Source of the DNA: Nageia nagi
Lineage: Eukaryota; Plantae; Pinophyta
Reading direction: 5' to 3'
Length of the DNA stretch: 64,000 bases
Assembly: GCA_050084985.1 (NCBI GenBank)
Contig: JBITNC010000001.1
Location: 24,924,001 to 24,988,000, forward strand
Shown here: one piece after another, positions 48,301-59,159 of the stretch
Layout: every line of letters starts with the position of its first letter
Numbering within the stretch: position 1 is the first letter of the stretch
Notes under the pieces: generated by a model
The model's database searches: none
What the model was told of the DNA's origin: nothing
What the model saw: the letters and a program-made list of their open reading frames with translations, nothing else
Program-made: the position numbers and the translations under genes

Positions 48301-49818
48301 GACCCTTGCTATTGAATATAATCGAAGGGCCGCTCCCTTGGTTATTTAGTTGGCAAATCCACCATAGGGTTTGCACTTGAGCATTATTCAATTACTTTGT
48401 TGGGCAGATATCTAAAGAAATCAGCTATTGAGAACATTGGCCATAGAGTTTACTACCAATCTAGAGACATTTCAGTAGATTCTGAGTGAACAGACGTCCC
48501 AATTACCAGGGCAGTTTTGTGGTGAAAATCAGCTCTACTGGCCAGACGTCTTAATTGTGGGAGTTGGGGTTGGATGGTTTATCAGCTATTACACTTGTTT
48601 GAGGCATCTAAGATCAGATTTCAGCAGTATAAGGGAAGATCAGATTTATTTGCAGCGTTTTATCATCACCTCCAGCATCATTCTAACCCTAGAAGAATGA
48701 TGTCACCCTCTAGGAGGCCTTTCATGTTGAGTTTGATGTCATATTCTTGTTCTGCATGTTTAGATCCATGTAATGGCATATTTAGTTTAATATAATATCA
48801 TCAATTTTGTGGAATTTCTCGATAATGTAGGGTGTTCTGCATATTTTCTCCATGATTTTCTGAGTAATTTGCAGCAACAGTATTCAGGTCAGCTTTTCTT
48901 ACTTTTATTTTAAAGAATTTCTGACTAAGGTTTGATAAAGTTGATTTGGGACATCACAATTGTATAATACCATAATAGAATATCTCCTCCTACTCATGCT
49001 TCAAACCAAACTATGCCTTAATGTAGAGCTGAATTGCATGTGATATAGAAATCAATAAGATAGAATATCTGAAGATGTCACGCATCTTAATATACCTTTA
49101 TCAAAGACTTAAGATGTCAAAGGAAAGAAGCAAAACTAAAAATGGCTATTCTCCTGAGTACAATTTAAGAATAAAAGAGCAACAAATGAGGGTTACAAAC
49201 CAGTGGACATTGAACCAATGAAAGTTTCAAGAAATCTCCATGCTACAATTAACAAACCACCATTGGTTGATGCATGTTGACGGACTGATAACATTGTCCT
49301 GCAACAGAAGAACAAAACTATCAAATTAAAGATGGCAATGTTGAGAGACCCCTAACATACCTGCAATGGATGAACAAATATATCACATTTAAAGATGGCA
49401 ATCAACCAAAGCTAAATATAAGAAAATAACGTCAATTTTGATGAATTAATGCTCATATCTTGGAATGCAATTTGATACTATACTAACCTGTACAGAGAAA
49501 TCGCCACCTTATGAAAGATCCCCATGCCACAACAGCAAGATGCCACATAGAATCAACACCCAAACCATATGACAAACTTCTAATTACATTACCAGATTTG
49601 TCAAAGTTGATTACATTACCAGATTTTTCTAATTTAAATAGCCTTTTGAAGGTCTGAGATCTAAATTATCAAGTCTGACGAATAAAACAATATTTGTTTT
49701 TTTACATCACCTAGTAACAAATTAAAATACTTTTGTAGGGGTTTCAGGATAATACCGCATCATTTAGAACAGATTCTCCAAAGACTAAAGCATAGAGATT
49801 AGTATCGCAACCTAGTTC
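15072..49818 (-). CDS. NHX6: Endosomal-class Na+(K+)/H+ exchanger (NHX5/NHX6 type), 16 coding exons in window, 5' part outside window; one apparent 1-nt frameshift in exon 16883-16991
   Basis: Manually spliced exons: 49756-49818, 49488-49507, 49201-49298, 43344-43372, 29006-29037, 28770-28817, 28590-28650, 28406-28503, 28182-28257, 28051-28070, 17103-17200, 16883-16991, 16644-16727, 15766-15869, 15547-15638, 15072-15370. Total is 1331 nt, one short of 444 codons. The translation is collinear with plant NHX5/6 as I recall it: [91 protein letters not shown]. All splice phases are compatible except across exon 12. Confidence 0.93.
15547..15638 (-). CDS. NHX6: NHX exon (S)[30 protein letters not shown](G)
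   Basis: ctgcAG / GTATG, 92 nt; conserved FTxxDRNxLTPFFT. Confidence 0.92.
15766..15869 (-). CDS. NHX6: NHX exon [34 protein letters not shown](S)
   Basis: ttgcAG / GTttg, 104 nt; KLKEFxK motif of NHX5/6 tails. Confidence 0.9.
16644..16727 (-). CDS. NHX6: NHX exon [28 protein letters not shown]
   Basis: gttcAG / GTGAG, 84 nt. Confidence 0.94.
16883..16991 (-). CDS. NHX6: NHX exon (G)[36 protein letters not shown], 109 nt instead of the 110 nt needed
   Basis: cacAG / GTaaa. The G-run at 16985-16981 has 5 G where AGG GGG GCA requires 6. Confidence 0.92.
17103..17200 (-). CDS. NHX6: NHX exon (R)[32 protein letters not shown](G)
   Basis: tttcAG / GTGAG, 98 nt. Confidence 0.95.
17600..18860 (+). 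mobile_element. Poly(A)-tailed non-LTR retro-insertion (5'-truncated LINE 3' region or retroposed RNA)
   Basis: A10 tail at 18851-18860; TSD core CCATAAAGGA at 17589-17598 and 18862-18871; GC and CpG content higher than flanks; no recognisable RT motif. Confidence 0.7.
19277..26763 (+). mobile_element. ~7.5 kb Gypsy (Tat/Ogre-like) LTR-like unit without gag-pol, containing a long decayed ORF
   Basis: Starts TGTTGTGCCC..ccctaattttcg; GGTCGCA/TGCGACC-rich block to ~21400; TATA-like tataagta at ~25944 followed by R/U5-like T-rich sequence; ends ggcggaaaagacgtttaCA. No convincing TSD, so the right boundary is tentative. Confidence 0.6.
21859..25620 (+). pseudogene. Decayed ~1,250-codon retrotransposon accessory ORF
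   Basis: Chain of same-strand ORF pieces 22135..25584 after ATG GGC CCA AGA. Motifs [25 protein letters not shown] and [24 protein letters not shown]; Ser/acidic low-complexity middle; coiled-coil-like end. Confidence 0.7.
26938..27173 (-). mobile_element. tRNA-derived SINE
   Basis: 17-bp TSD CCTCCAC(A/G)TCTTGTATT at 26921-26937 and 27174-27190; poly(A) tail (T-run on + strand); B-box-like GGTTCATCTCC and AGATTCAACTCC. Confidence 0.82.
27611..27860. repeat. ~127-bp diverged tandem duplication in intron
   Basis: aac.gtgcc.ggtact.tatttaaat.cttcag...gcatttt.....aaaga.catca..tctgc x2, starting 27611 and 27738. Confidence 0.8.
28051..28070 (-). CDS. NHX6: NHX 20-nt microexon LFIVVA(R)
   Basis: ttcAG / GTatag; matches conserved LFIxxAR. 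Confidence 0.92.
28071..28181 (-). other. U12-type GT-AG intron, 111 nt
   Basis: 5' splice site GTATCCTTT (28181-28173); branch point CCTTAAC (28099-28093); AG at 28072-28071. Confidence 0.88.
28182..28257 (-). CDS. NHX6: NHX exon (V)[25 protein letters not shown]
   Basis: tgcAG acceptor; donor GTATCCTTT (U12 type), 76 nt. Confidence 0.95.
28406..28503 (-). CDS. NHX6: NHX exon [32 protein letters not shown](V)
   Basis: atgcAG / GTact, 98 nt; visible within ORF 28345..28578. Confidence 0.95.
28590..28650 (-). CDS. NHX6: NHX exon (S)[20 protein letters not shown]
   Basis: ttctAG / GTAAG, 61 nt. Confidence 0.95.
28770..28817 (-). CDS. NHX6: NHX exon (N)[15 protein letters not shown](S)
   Basis: ttgcAG / GTAAG, 48 nt. 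Confidence 0.95.
29006..29037 (-). CDS. NHX6: NHX exon [10 protein letters not shown](N)
   Basis: AC acceptor, GTAAG donor, 32 nt. Confidence 0.92.
31095..31440. repeat. Internal tandem duplication (~165-184 bp) in the hAT transposase
   Basis: caaatttttggta.ttcacc...acccacttatcataa.ttgcgagaggc.atgcttcaagaagttgtcaacgacat x2. Confidence 0.85.
32740..36329 (-). mobile_element. Chromovirus (Reina-like) Gypsy element, 3' half: protease remainder, RT, RNase H, integrase, chromodomain, PPT, 3' LTR
   Basis: [89 protein letters not shown] aagaggggtggca; LTR 32740-33151. Frameshifts and stops present. Confidence 0.95.
36330..38529 (+). mobile_element. Same Gypsy element, 5' half in inverted orientation: 5' LTR, PBS, gag, start of protease
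   Basis: LTR 36330-36728 is the reverse complement of 32740-33151 (roughly 90% identical by eye). PBS TGGTATCAGAGC at 36731-36742; gag [10 protein letters not shown] and [14 protein letters not shown]; protease breaks off at LLDSG. Confidence 0.93.
40566..41631 (+). mobile_element. 5'-truncated LINE 3' fragment nested in the hAT
   Basis: Ends actaatcaaaaaa; ~15-bp TSD ATTTCTT(G/C)AT(A/G)TATA at 40551-40565 and 41633-41647; possible RNase-H-like remnant [10 protein letters not shown]. Confidence 0.6.
43344..43372 (-). CDS. NHX6: NHX 29-nt microexon (G)VAVALCSAL followed by U12 AT-AC donor
   Basis: tatgcAG acceptor; followed by ATATCCTTT. Fills the expected GVGVGxxSAL gap with correct phases. 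Confidence 0.88.
43979..44700 (-). mobile_element. hAT transposon 3' end remnant
   Basis: Terminus CATAGTAGTCAAACTCGG with actcgg subterminal repeats; decayed dimerisation motif [28 protein letters not shown]. Confidence 0.7.
44745..46830 (-). mobile_element. Degenerate LTR retrotransposon remnant (5' LTR, PBS, gag-like start)
   Basis: PBS-like TGGTATCGAG (46470-46461) next to a TG-bounded ~355-bp segment (46473-~46828); gag-like [17 protein letters not shown] at ~45042. Confidence 0.42.
47893..48958 (+). mobile_element. Solo LTR, 1,066 bp
   Basis: TGTAATGTCCC...GGGACATCACA inverted termini; perfect 5-bp TSD ATTGT (47888-47892, 48959-48963); TATA-like tataaaagg at ~48141. Confidence 0.93.
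49201..49298 (-). CDS. NHX6: NHX exon (R)[32 protein letters not shown](G)
   Basis: ttgcAG acceptor, GTttg donor, 98 nt; RFLETFxGSMS motif. Confidence 0.93.
49488..49507 (-). CDS. NHX6: NHX 20-nt microexon VAISLY(R)
   Basis: tcataAG acceptor, GTtagt donor; matches conserved (M/V)AISLYR. Confidence 0.9.
49756..49818 (-). CDS. NHX6: NHX exon [21 protein letters not shown] (contains CPA1 ND motif)
   Basis: ttgttcAG acceptor, GTatt donor, 63 nt, phase 0-0. Confidence 0.95.
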
Positions 49819-50208
49819 CTGAACAACAAGATCCAGTCAGAACGAAATATAGCTTTGGAAAACCATAAAAAGAAACAATACAGAATACCAAATCTTTGAC
49901 AGACTAATACAATTGTTTCTGTATTCGCTAGCTGGCAGTAAATATTCTGTCTTGGTTAATTGAAAAACAAAAATATGAAGAAAAAGAAAAAGCACAAGCA
50001 GTCTAGCAGAGCAAACCTCTATAAAACATTTCTCTCAATCCGTTGACTAGTAGAAATCATGTTATCTTTCTAATTTTCATGTTTCTAAGACATTACTCTC
50101 AATATTTTGAATATCAAATGGTTATTAAAAAAATCCTAAAATTCATCTGATATAGAATGCTACTTGCAACTCTAATGCTTCCATTACTGAAATACTGAAA
50201 AACACTGG

Positions 50209-50351
50209 TTTGATAACACAAGTGGTTGAGCCCCGCCCACCGGAGGTGGATTGGTCAAGTGGGAGTTTCTATAATGTAGGCCTCAGCAAAAATCTCATCG
50301 CCCTTCCTGTGGTTTACATGTACCACACTAACCATATGAGCTCACTTACCC
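50209..50351 (-). mobile_element. Possible short tRNA-derived SINE
   Basis: Begins gggtaagtgagctcatatggttag (A-box-like); GC-rich body; ends gtgttatcaaa. No clear TSD. Confidence 0.4.
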
Positions 50352-50665
50352 AAATAAAGTTTAAGTACCCTTCTGTGAACTATAAAAAGGGTTTTACCAG
50401 TTCTACAGAAGCACGCTGACAAATAAGCTATTTCAGCTCATGGTATACAAGTCATGTAGGTTGTCATGCATGCAATGGAGTAAACACTAAATATCCATAA
50501 ACAATGTTTGAGTTTCAACAAAGAAATGTACATAACAGAATATCTGTAGTGTTGATTATAAGATACTCTAAAAAGAGGTAATCGAAGCAAGATATGTTAG
50601 AATAAAAATAGGTATTACATCATGTTTGATGTAATAGTTTTAGGTATTTCAAATAGGGTTGTCAT

Positions 50666-50685
50666 ACACACACACACACACACAC
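50666..50685. repeat. (CA)n microsatellite
   Basis: About 10 CA units. Confidence 0.9.
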
Positions 50686-50934
50686 TAGTTGAGGCTATAC
50701 AAACTTCTCCAACCACCAAACTACAAATTGTATAAAATCAAATCTTGAGCAATGTATTCAATGACTCAGCCTATGGCTAAAGTTATAATATGGTATCAAA
50801 GAGGATTGATCTACCCTGATAAGAAACGTGAGACTTTAAAGAGGATTGATCTGCCAAAATTATAAAATGATATCAAAGAGGATTGATCTACAACTTGCTA
50901 GGTCATTGCCACTTGAAAGAAGGAAAGAAAGTAT

Positions 50935-51640
50935 ATTAATGTCCTCAAATGACCAAAAGCAGTCAATGGGGCTGTAAGTAAAATTATGGTCGGCAAAACA
51001 ACAAAACCCCTAAAAAGTTCCCTCTAAAGAAAACATAAGATAATAAAAAGCAAGTACAAATACATCCATGAAAGGATGGTCAAAACCCTAAATAAAACAG
51101 CAATCCAACATGGACGAATGAGTGTCGACCTGGTCCTCTTTGGTGAATACACTAGTCTCTGAGAACCGTATATGTGATATTGTTGTTGGAGGAGAAGAAT
51201 GATGTGATCTGTTGAGTCCTCAACAAAATTGGGGAGTCCTAAAGATGCCTCCTAGTGCGACGTGGGGAGAGAAGGATCAACCTAACATTCTCTACGTTCC
51301 CCCTATGAGTTGGAAGCTTGGAAAAAGGATGTGATGCAAAGGTCGCCTGTTGGATGTTGAGTGTTGGTCATAAGAGGTTTCCGAAAGATCATGGTCTCTC
51401 AAAGGTAAAGACCAAAGCAACATTAATCGGGGTACTGGAAAAATGTGGACAATGCTCTGTGTCAGTCCTCGCAAGAGGCAATAATATTTGCCTTTGATCT
51501 CATAGCAGATTGAGCACCAAAAGATGAAGTGGTCTTCGGACTCGGTCTCAAGATAACAAAGATGACAAAGTCACAGGTCTCGGATTGAATGGTGATCCAT
51601 ATCAATTCTCAACAAATGGGAGCAAACCCGAAAACACATG
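50935..51640 (-). mobile_element. RTE-X-like LINE 3' fragment
   Basis: SHLLRID...LCHLCYLETESEDHFIFWCSICYEIKGKYYCLL zinc-finger tail; 3' end ggacattaata shared with the copy ending near 54346. Confidence 0.75.
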
Positions 51641-53975
51641 CAAAGAGGTAGTAATAAAGTTCCTTCTATCAATAAATTCATAAAATTATGCAAGTGATGT
51701 TAAAATATGTTGTTTTTAAAAAGCATTCATTTTGTTGAAGAATACATTTTAATATTTGATAACGGTAATTTAAAGCATGATCCTTTCCTACAAAACTTAA
51801 ATGCCCCTCATATCTAGAAGCCATCAACAAAAAAATCCATTTGACCTATGGGCATACTAAAAAATTGAATTTGCTTAAAAAAAATCAAAAAGCCTACATC
51901 TGAATTTCTTGGTGAAAGTTGTGAATCAAATCCTCCTCTAACACACATTCGATGGACAAAATCTCCTTTAGAACAATTGAAATGAAAAATCTCCAAAGAT
52001 GAGTTTCTCAAGTGAGCTGAAAGCGAAATATAAGTGAAATGAACCAAAATTAGCATGTTTTTTCTTTCAACATCACAATTGTGTGTGTGTGTGTGTTTTT
52101 CTTTCACGATTATGTTTTTTCAATTTGCAAGTTTTTCGAAGAGTAAGTCATCATTAATCATTGACAAAAAAATTTGCGAGTTACTCATTGACAAAAAAAT
52201 TTGTGAGTTCTGAGAGAAGTTGCATGGTTAAATAGTGATTCACGGAGGTTATGCAAAGTTACCCAACTACAATGACTCAACCTTGTTTATAACCAAGGCT
52301 TGAGCAATGTATTCAATGACTCAACCTATGACCAAAATTAAAATACTCAACCTAAGCCAGTATCCAAGTAGAAAATCACAAAATTCTTCTCATTATGTCT
52401 TTACAATTATACGAATGCCCTATATGTAATTTCTCATATGATAGTAGGGAAGAAGAGCAATTCCTAAGCACCAGCCAATTACAAGTTATCCATTATATTC
52501 TACGCTAAGGTACATAACCTTTTACCATACCTTAAACATACTTTTTCATTAATGATGTGAACACACCAATTACAAGTTTATCTAAATAGGCCAACAATCA
52601 AACCAAGCATGAAAATCAACCCTTCCATATGTGATCTCCAAAGTGTTGGCCTTTTTTTTATTGATCCCTAGTTGATGGTCCTTCATATTGTGTGTATCCA
52701 CAGCTACTAATCTCTTGGTTCCTCATGTATGTATGTATTTTTTTACTCCTTGATTGTAGCTCATTTGATGCTCCACAACCTACCCAAGCTAAAAACTATA
52801 TTTTCCATTGGATCTTGAGTAGATGTAAACACTTAAATTTGCATTTTTGCTATTTAAAATGTGATTATTTAAATGTTTTATTTGATCTATGTAAAGTGTC
52901 AATTTTAGGCCCATGTGAGGTTATTTTAAAATAACTTAAGTGACATATTCCAATTTAGTATCATTTGCTACACAAATTGTTCTGAGTCCACCTAGGCGGT
53001 GAACTCAAAGTCAAATTTGTGAATCCTTTATAATGCACTCTCAAGCACTCATGCAATATATGGACAAGGTATGAAAAGATCATAAGCAATTATATTCCAT
53101 CATCAAAGCAAATATCATCAAAAGCATCCAAGCAACCAAAGGAGCAAAGAGAGGGTCGAATGGGCATCCTAGCCAAAATGTCCAATGCTATAACACTGCA
53201 CGCCCAAAATGTTGACACCCTACTCTCAAGCCTTCACAATGCTTGTGGTTGAACCAAATCATTCTAGAATATTCACATATTAGTTCTAGCAACATCTCAA
53301 GCAAGATCATCTTCAAAATTATCATTTTCAAGATCATCTCAATAATTTTCAATATTATCATTTTTAGAATTATCACCAAAATTATCCAAATTGGCTTCAA
53401 CTAGAGTTCATCCTCCAAAAACACAACTTGTATGCCATCATGCTTCCAATGCCCCATCATCCAAATAAGTTCTCTATATCTCCTCTTATCAATTTGCAAA
53501 ATCCTAGTTCCTATATTTCCATTATGAATTTAACTATTAATCTATTTTTCATTTAGTAAACATTAAAAAATGAATTTAATTTAATACATCATGTTCTTCC
53601 ATGTCCCCTCTTTAAATTTTTCTTAATCGTATTCTTTACAGAAATTCTTCTCCTACAATAACTACAACTTACCTCTCTTAATGTTGAGATATTCCATATG
53701 TATTATAAAATCCTACAAAATCATTTTATTTTTCATCTATCATAGCTTAATGAACTAAAATTGCATAACAACATTAAAATTTCCAAAAGTACCTACATGT
53801 TTATCTAAAGATTAATATTAATAGCTTCATGAATTTATGTTGGACCTTAAGGTTAAAAATGTCCCCTCCTAGATAAGAATTCTTGTTTTATTTCTTCGCA
53901 AGAAAAATTGTTTTCACCCCACATATAGAAATCCAAAATAGGTCTCATTATAGAATATAAAAGGCAACAAGTAAA

Positions 53976-54056
53976 GGTAACTTGGCATATTATGAGACCT
54001 AGGTAACTTGGCATAATATGAGACCTAGGTAACTTGGCATAATATGAAACCTAGGA
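53976..54056. repeat. 26-bp tandem repeat x3
   Basis: aggtaacttggcata(t/a)tatga(g/a)acct x3. Confidence 0.9.
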
Positions 54057-54345
54057 CTAGGGATCAATGTCTAACATCTAGAGGGTGGAATTCCAAAACA
54101 TTTGTACAGCTATAATCAAGGACATCCAAAAGCTCATACTCCAACAGACGAAAACTTAATGTTTGCTTGGATGAAAAAGAAGATAAAAAACTACGTGTGA
54201 TACGTTGATATACATACTCTATTGCCTAACAAATCATGGGGCAAGAACCATAAGGAGGAGGAGATTTTAAATGATGAACTAAATAATAAAATGAGTCAAG
54301 GGTAGTCTCTTCAGGGAATTGAGAAAACAGAAATAAAAGTAGAAA

Positions 54346-57300
54346 TATTATTAATGTCCAAGGGTGACCAAAAAAATAAGTCAGCAAACTCGAAAGTACA
54401 ATCTAGCTAAATGTAGAAAGTGTTAGGGTCGAAAACCCTAGAAACCGACAAAGCAAAAAGAAAAAAAAAGCTATAAAGCTACACTACACTATATCGAGTG
54501 GAACAGTATCAACACCCTCAATCACATGTAGTCGATTGTAGATTTGTTCACTCCAAGTAAATAATTTCCCAAACTAGAAGGGCAAAGTGAGGCCCATGAG
54601 TCTCTCCTAGCATCCAAGGATCACCTATAGTTGAAAATAAGATGGTGATGTATAATTGTTGTCCACGTTGTGACTAGCTAGTAACTGTCTGAGAAGCGAG
54701 GCAACGTCGTGTCAACCTGAGCCCGTGATTATGCTAAAGAGTATTGTTTGAAGGGTGTTTCCTGCCAATGGGATTTGAGGTAGGCTAGAGGAAAGAATTG
54801 ATCAACCTAGTGGTTTGAGGGCCCTCTAAGGATCGTTGTAAAGACACTCGCCTAAAAAGAGTGATCTCACGTATGAAGAGTGCTAGACATCTCTCGTCGA
54901 GGTAGCAAAAAAAGGTGGAAAACAAACCTCGGGACTCCCTAAATAAGCAATAGTATCATCCCCAAATATGATAGCAGATAGGACATCTGAAGATCAAGGT
55001 GCTCCTCATTCTCTACCTCATGTAGAGAACAAAGTCGTCAAGTCCTATCCAGTTGGGAAATATGATGGTATGTCTCAACAAAGAGATGGTGTGAGCAAAC
55101 TTGGTGTTGGCCGTGGGGAACCCTCAACCCGGAGGACCGCTGATGTTGAAGATAGGCAAGCATGACAATGAGGCCATTAACGATCTATAGAAAATGCTCA
55201 ACGTAGAAAGCCACTTTAGGGCTTAGAAGCTTTGGGGGAGAGACCCAAGTAACTTGAATGTAACAACGGTTGATATCCTCTCTGATAGATTTGTGGAGTG
55301 TCGCCCTCGAAGGTCAAGGATGATGAGATGAGGGACTAAAAGATGCGGTCAATCAATGGAGATGCCCACAAACTATAGTAGCAAACTGGTCTCGGAGTAC
55401 TAGCAACGCCTATGCCCAATGATGCCTATTGATGCAAGCCTCTCCGAAAAGCACAAAGCAAGAAATGGGTACCTCTCATGGCCTATAACAAAGTCGCAAA
55501 ATGTCTAAGTCTATAATAAAAGAAGCGAGCTTGAAAATGGTCTCTAGACGAAGTGGTTGTATGGCAATCTAACTCTGAACAATGCATTGTGGGACTGTTC
55601 ACTTGCAACAGATCATACGTTGAAGCATAATGGTCTAAATTCTCTCAATACGTGACCACTCAACAAGTCCAAAGCTAGGAACCCAAAGCTCTAGTCCATT
55701 GAGAACAATGGGTTTAATAAGGGCATCAAAGAGGAGTGTCTTTGAAGGGATATCCTAGAACTATATCTAGAAGCACTGACGCTCCAAAATGGAGAGTGAA
55801 GCATATCCCTTGCAAAGACATGCATGTGACACTAGCTTCAAGTTGAAAGATGGCCTAGAGAACTAAACTCCTAAGTAGGTGTAAGCAATGGAGATCTCAA
55901 CTATCTCACCTCTATAACAAAAATGGAATCTAGAGAGAGTAGCTCTAAAGGCATTAAAGATGATGACCTTGGTTCTACCGAGGTTGATTGTGAATTGTTT
56001 CTATTCACAGAAACAAGCAAGTGCGTCCAACTGTCTTTGAAGGCCCTAAGGGAAGTGTGATAGGAGGATCACATCATCCGCAAAAAGTAGTAAAGCAATC
56101 TGGATCTAGTAAAGTAGGCAACTATCATTTGAGTGAGTGTGTAGTCGAAGGTAGTCCTCAAGGTCATCAATATATTAGCCACAAAAAATGTGTGAGAGGG
56201 GGCACCCCTGTTTAACCCCAATAGTGCCAGTGACCCTATCTAAAAAACCATCCGCAATCCGAAAACAACCAACAGCTGTCTCATAGAGCCTCATGATGGC
56301 AGTAACAAAGGTGTCAAAAATACCAATAGTCTGCAATCTCTGGCAAAGAAGATGTCGTGGGATAGTGTCAAAGGCCTTCCTAAAGTCAACAAAACAACAA
56401 AAAACCTTAGAGGATCTCTGGCAAGCCTCCTCAATGATAGCTCTAAGCATGAAATATGATCTATAGTCTGAAAGTATCTCCTGAAACCAGCCTACCCTCG
56501 AGCCCTGAGATCCCTCCACTCTAGGTGGTCCGATAACATCACGTCCAAAACTATGGCACAAAGTTTGGCAAGGGTATGCCCAAACATGATTGTCCTGTAA
56601 TTGTTCGGATTAGAACAATCTCCTACCTTGTGGATAGGATGAATGATGTGTTGTGACCATAGAATAAAAATACGGTTTTTGGAAAATACGACCCAAGGCT
56701 AAATACAAAAAATACGTCAAAAATGGCAAAAAAATACAGGAAAAACGAAGAAAAAATGCAAAAATTACTATAGAAGGTAAGTATTTTTAAAATACAGTTA
56801 AATAGGGGACCCGTGAAAATACGCATTTAAATGGAGTTTTTTAATTCTATGGTTGTGACCAAGAAGGGGGAAATACTGAACACACGACCTCGTTAAATAA
56901 GTCAGCAATAGGAGAGGCAAGTAGATCACCACCAAGTTTCAGAAACTCAGCTTGTAGGCCTTCCCAATCAGCTGCCTAACCAGAACAAAGTTTTCATATG
57001 GCTCTATGAACATTTTTTGGAACAAATAACTGACTTGAAAGGGAGATTGATGATATGTGCGAATTGTGTTGGATGGGGATATCGTAGAGTGAACAAGCAT
57101 ATGAGACCCAAGATTGGCGATCAATGTCAGATGGGAGAGGTTTCCTCGAGAGGAGGGTACGGAAAAAGGTCTTAGGGGAGTGGTGGAGGGAATTAATGAG
57201 AGACTATCGAGTAGCAACAAGAAACTGACGTTTCTTGTGGCGAAGCACACGATACTCTCATGATGGATGGCACAGAGAAGAGGTCATGAGAGAGGGCAAA

Positions 57301-59150
57301 GCGAAGTCTCTAGTGCATGGACTTACACTCTGCATCGAACAAACGATTCCTGGGACAAGATCCAAGATAGCAGGAAAAACAGGAGTGGTGCGTCCTATGC
57401 AAGAAAGTGCAAAGGGTTGCCTCCCAAAGTATACTAGGTAAAAACCTGTAAGTGGCAATAATGGTAGAGGGAGGGGAGAGCAAACTGGCTCTGCTAGCAA
57501 GAAGTGCAGAAAGGCAAGAAGTATGCTGGTCGACATAGTCAATGCTAAAAGGGATCATGGGATGACGAGTGCAAAGGGGAGTAGAAGAGAGGATGAAGGT
57601 GTGGGGATGGAGTTCACGAGGAGGACAAAGGATATGGCAGCATGATCAACAAGGGGAAGACGATGGGAGACAATAAGATGTTGAATACATGGAAGTGAAT
57701 GTAAACCAGCTAAGACATAGTTTACCACACTTGCTCCTCTGCTATGGGGAAAAAAGGTGAATCTATTGGAGGTAGGAAAGCATGGGAGTCCGTTAAGAAT
57801 GAAGAGACCATGTGATTCACCAAGATGAAGAAGATGTCGACCATAAGCTGTAACAAAAGCATTCCTATTTGTTGAAGTCCTTTGCATGCCAAAGTCACAT
57901 AGGTCCTGCTCTCAAATACAAAATGCATCGTCTTCTAGCTCATGTATAGGTGTCTGAAAATCCCTAGTCCTGGCATTAAAATCCCCTAAGATGATGACAT
58001 CTCCCAAGGTAGAATAACATGTGATATCTCTATAGATGTCTATGAACATGTCTCCATCTGTATGAAGAACAAAAGATGATGAGGCTAGTGGGAAGTAGCA
58101 AGTAGAAAGGAAGACATCTCGACAAGTAGGGAGGCCACTCCGAATCCGGATCCACAGGTATCACAAGTGGGAATCTGTTGAAAGTAAGGAGATGTGTGAG
58201 AACAAAAGTCATCTCAAATGAGGTAGGCTACACCTCCTAAACAACGAACCCCTCTTGATCGCCTAGTGTCATGTCTAAAAGTGGAAAGCCAGTAAAAACC
58301 TATGATGTTGGGGAGTGCCCACTCAAGGCTCTCATGAATCTCAATAAAACCAAAACGTGCCATGAAGATATCACATCCTAGCAAGTGCCTAGTGAGGACC
58401 ACAATGCACCATTACAATTCCAACAAGCAATGTTGAGCCTATCATTGTTTACTAAGACTTAGGAACACCTTCATTTAGGAGGCCTTGGAGCACAACTCTA
58501 CAATCACGAATAACAACCCATTTGTTTTCCATATGTGCAGCAACAACTAGGGCTCGAGCCTTATGTAACTCAACTATTTGAAGTCTTGTGAGATTTTCAT
58601 CCAAGTAAATTTTGGGTGTAAGAGAAAATAGTTTCTTCTTAGCTCGTAAGGCCTATAAACGATCACTTGTTGTTTGGAATCGGATAACAAGAGTATCATC
58701 TGGTGTAGTCCAAGCTTTCTCAAAGCTAATGTTTTTCAAGACCAAAGTGTCATGAAGGAATGTGTCCAGTCTGTAAGGGAATAGTGTTTTTGGGAAGGTC
58801 ACGAACTTGGAGGTTAAGCTCCTTAGTAAGGCGAACCTTTTCCTTTGCAAATTTGGCTTGAACAACCAAGTCAATAACACGGGAAGTTTTCTTACCCTTG
58901 GCTACCTGAACCCATGAATTGTGTTCCTCTACTTGTTTCTGGATAGACTATTAGTGAACAATAGTTTCCTGCTCGAGTTGTTCATGTTGTGTTCCTGATT
59001 GAAGATTGTTCATGGATATTTTCTCATGACTACTGCAAGAAGAGTGGCCAAAGATGAGCTCAAAAAAGTAGCTATGATAGTCAAATCAAGCGTCCAATAA
59101 ATTCTGATGATCCAAAACAGATCTCAAGCAAATATCAGCAAATTCAATTA
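54346..59150 (-). mobile_element. Near full-length degenerate RTE-X-like LINE (ORF1 + APE-RT-zinc finger ORF2)
   Basis: ORF1 remnant ~58440-59100. APE: GGVAYL, GDFNART, LNGLPCF, SVVNYVL, VDH. RT: IIHPIHK..NNYRTIM, FVDFRKAFD, GVKQGCPLS, YTYLG. C-terminal SHHLFVET..CSLHEVENEEHL. Many stops. Confidence 0.9.
56658..56851. mobile_element. hAT-type MITE (194 bp) inserted in the LINE RT region
   Basis: TIR CATAGAAT(A/T)AAAA; perfect 8-bp TSD GTTGTGAC (56650-56657, 56852-56859); aaaatac(g) subterminal repeats. Confidence 0.93.
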
Positions 59151-59159
59151 CAATCAGAC

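Noticed and set aside
53976-54056. CRISPR-like appearance of short direct repeats (also 3590-3710 and 50795-50890)
   Set aside because: No unique spacers of regular length, no cas genes, eukaryotic context; these are simple tandem repeats.
52890-54340. Possible LTR start(s) that could pair with the remnant at 59160-60265 across the LINE
   Set aside because: Termini are decayed and no TSD was found; not supportable.
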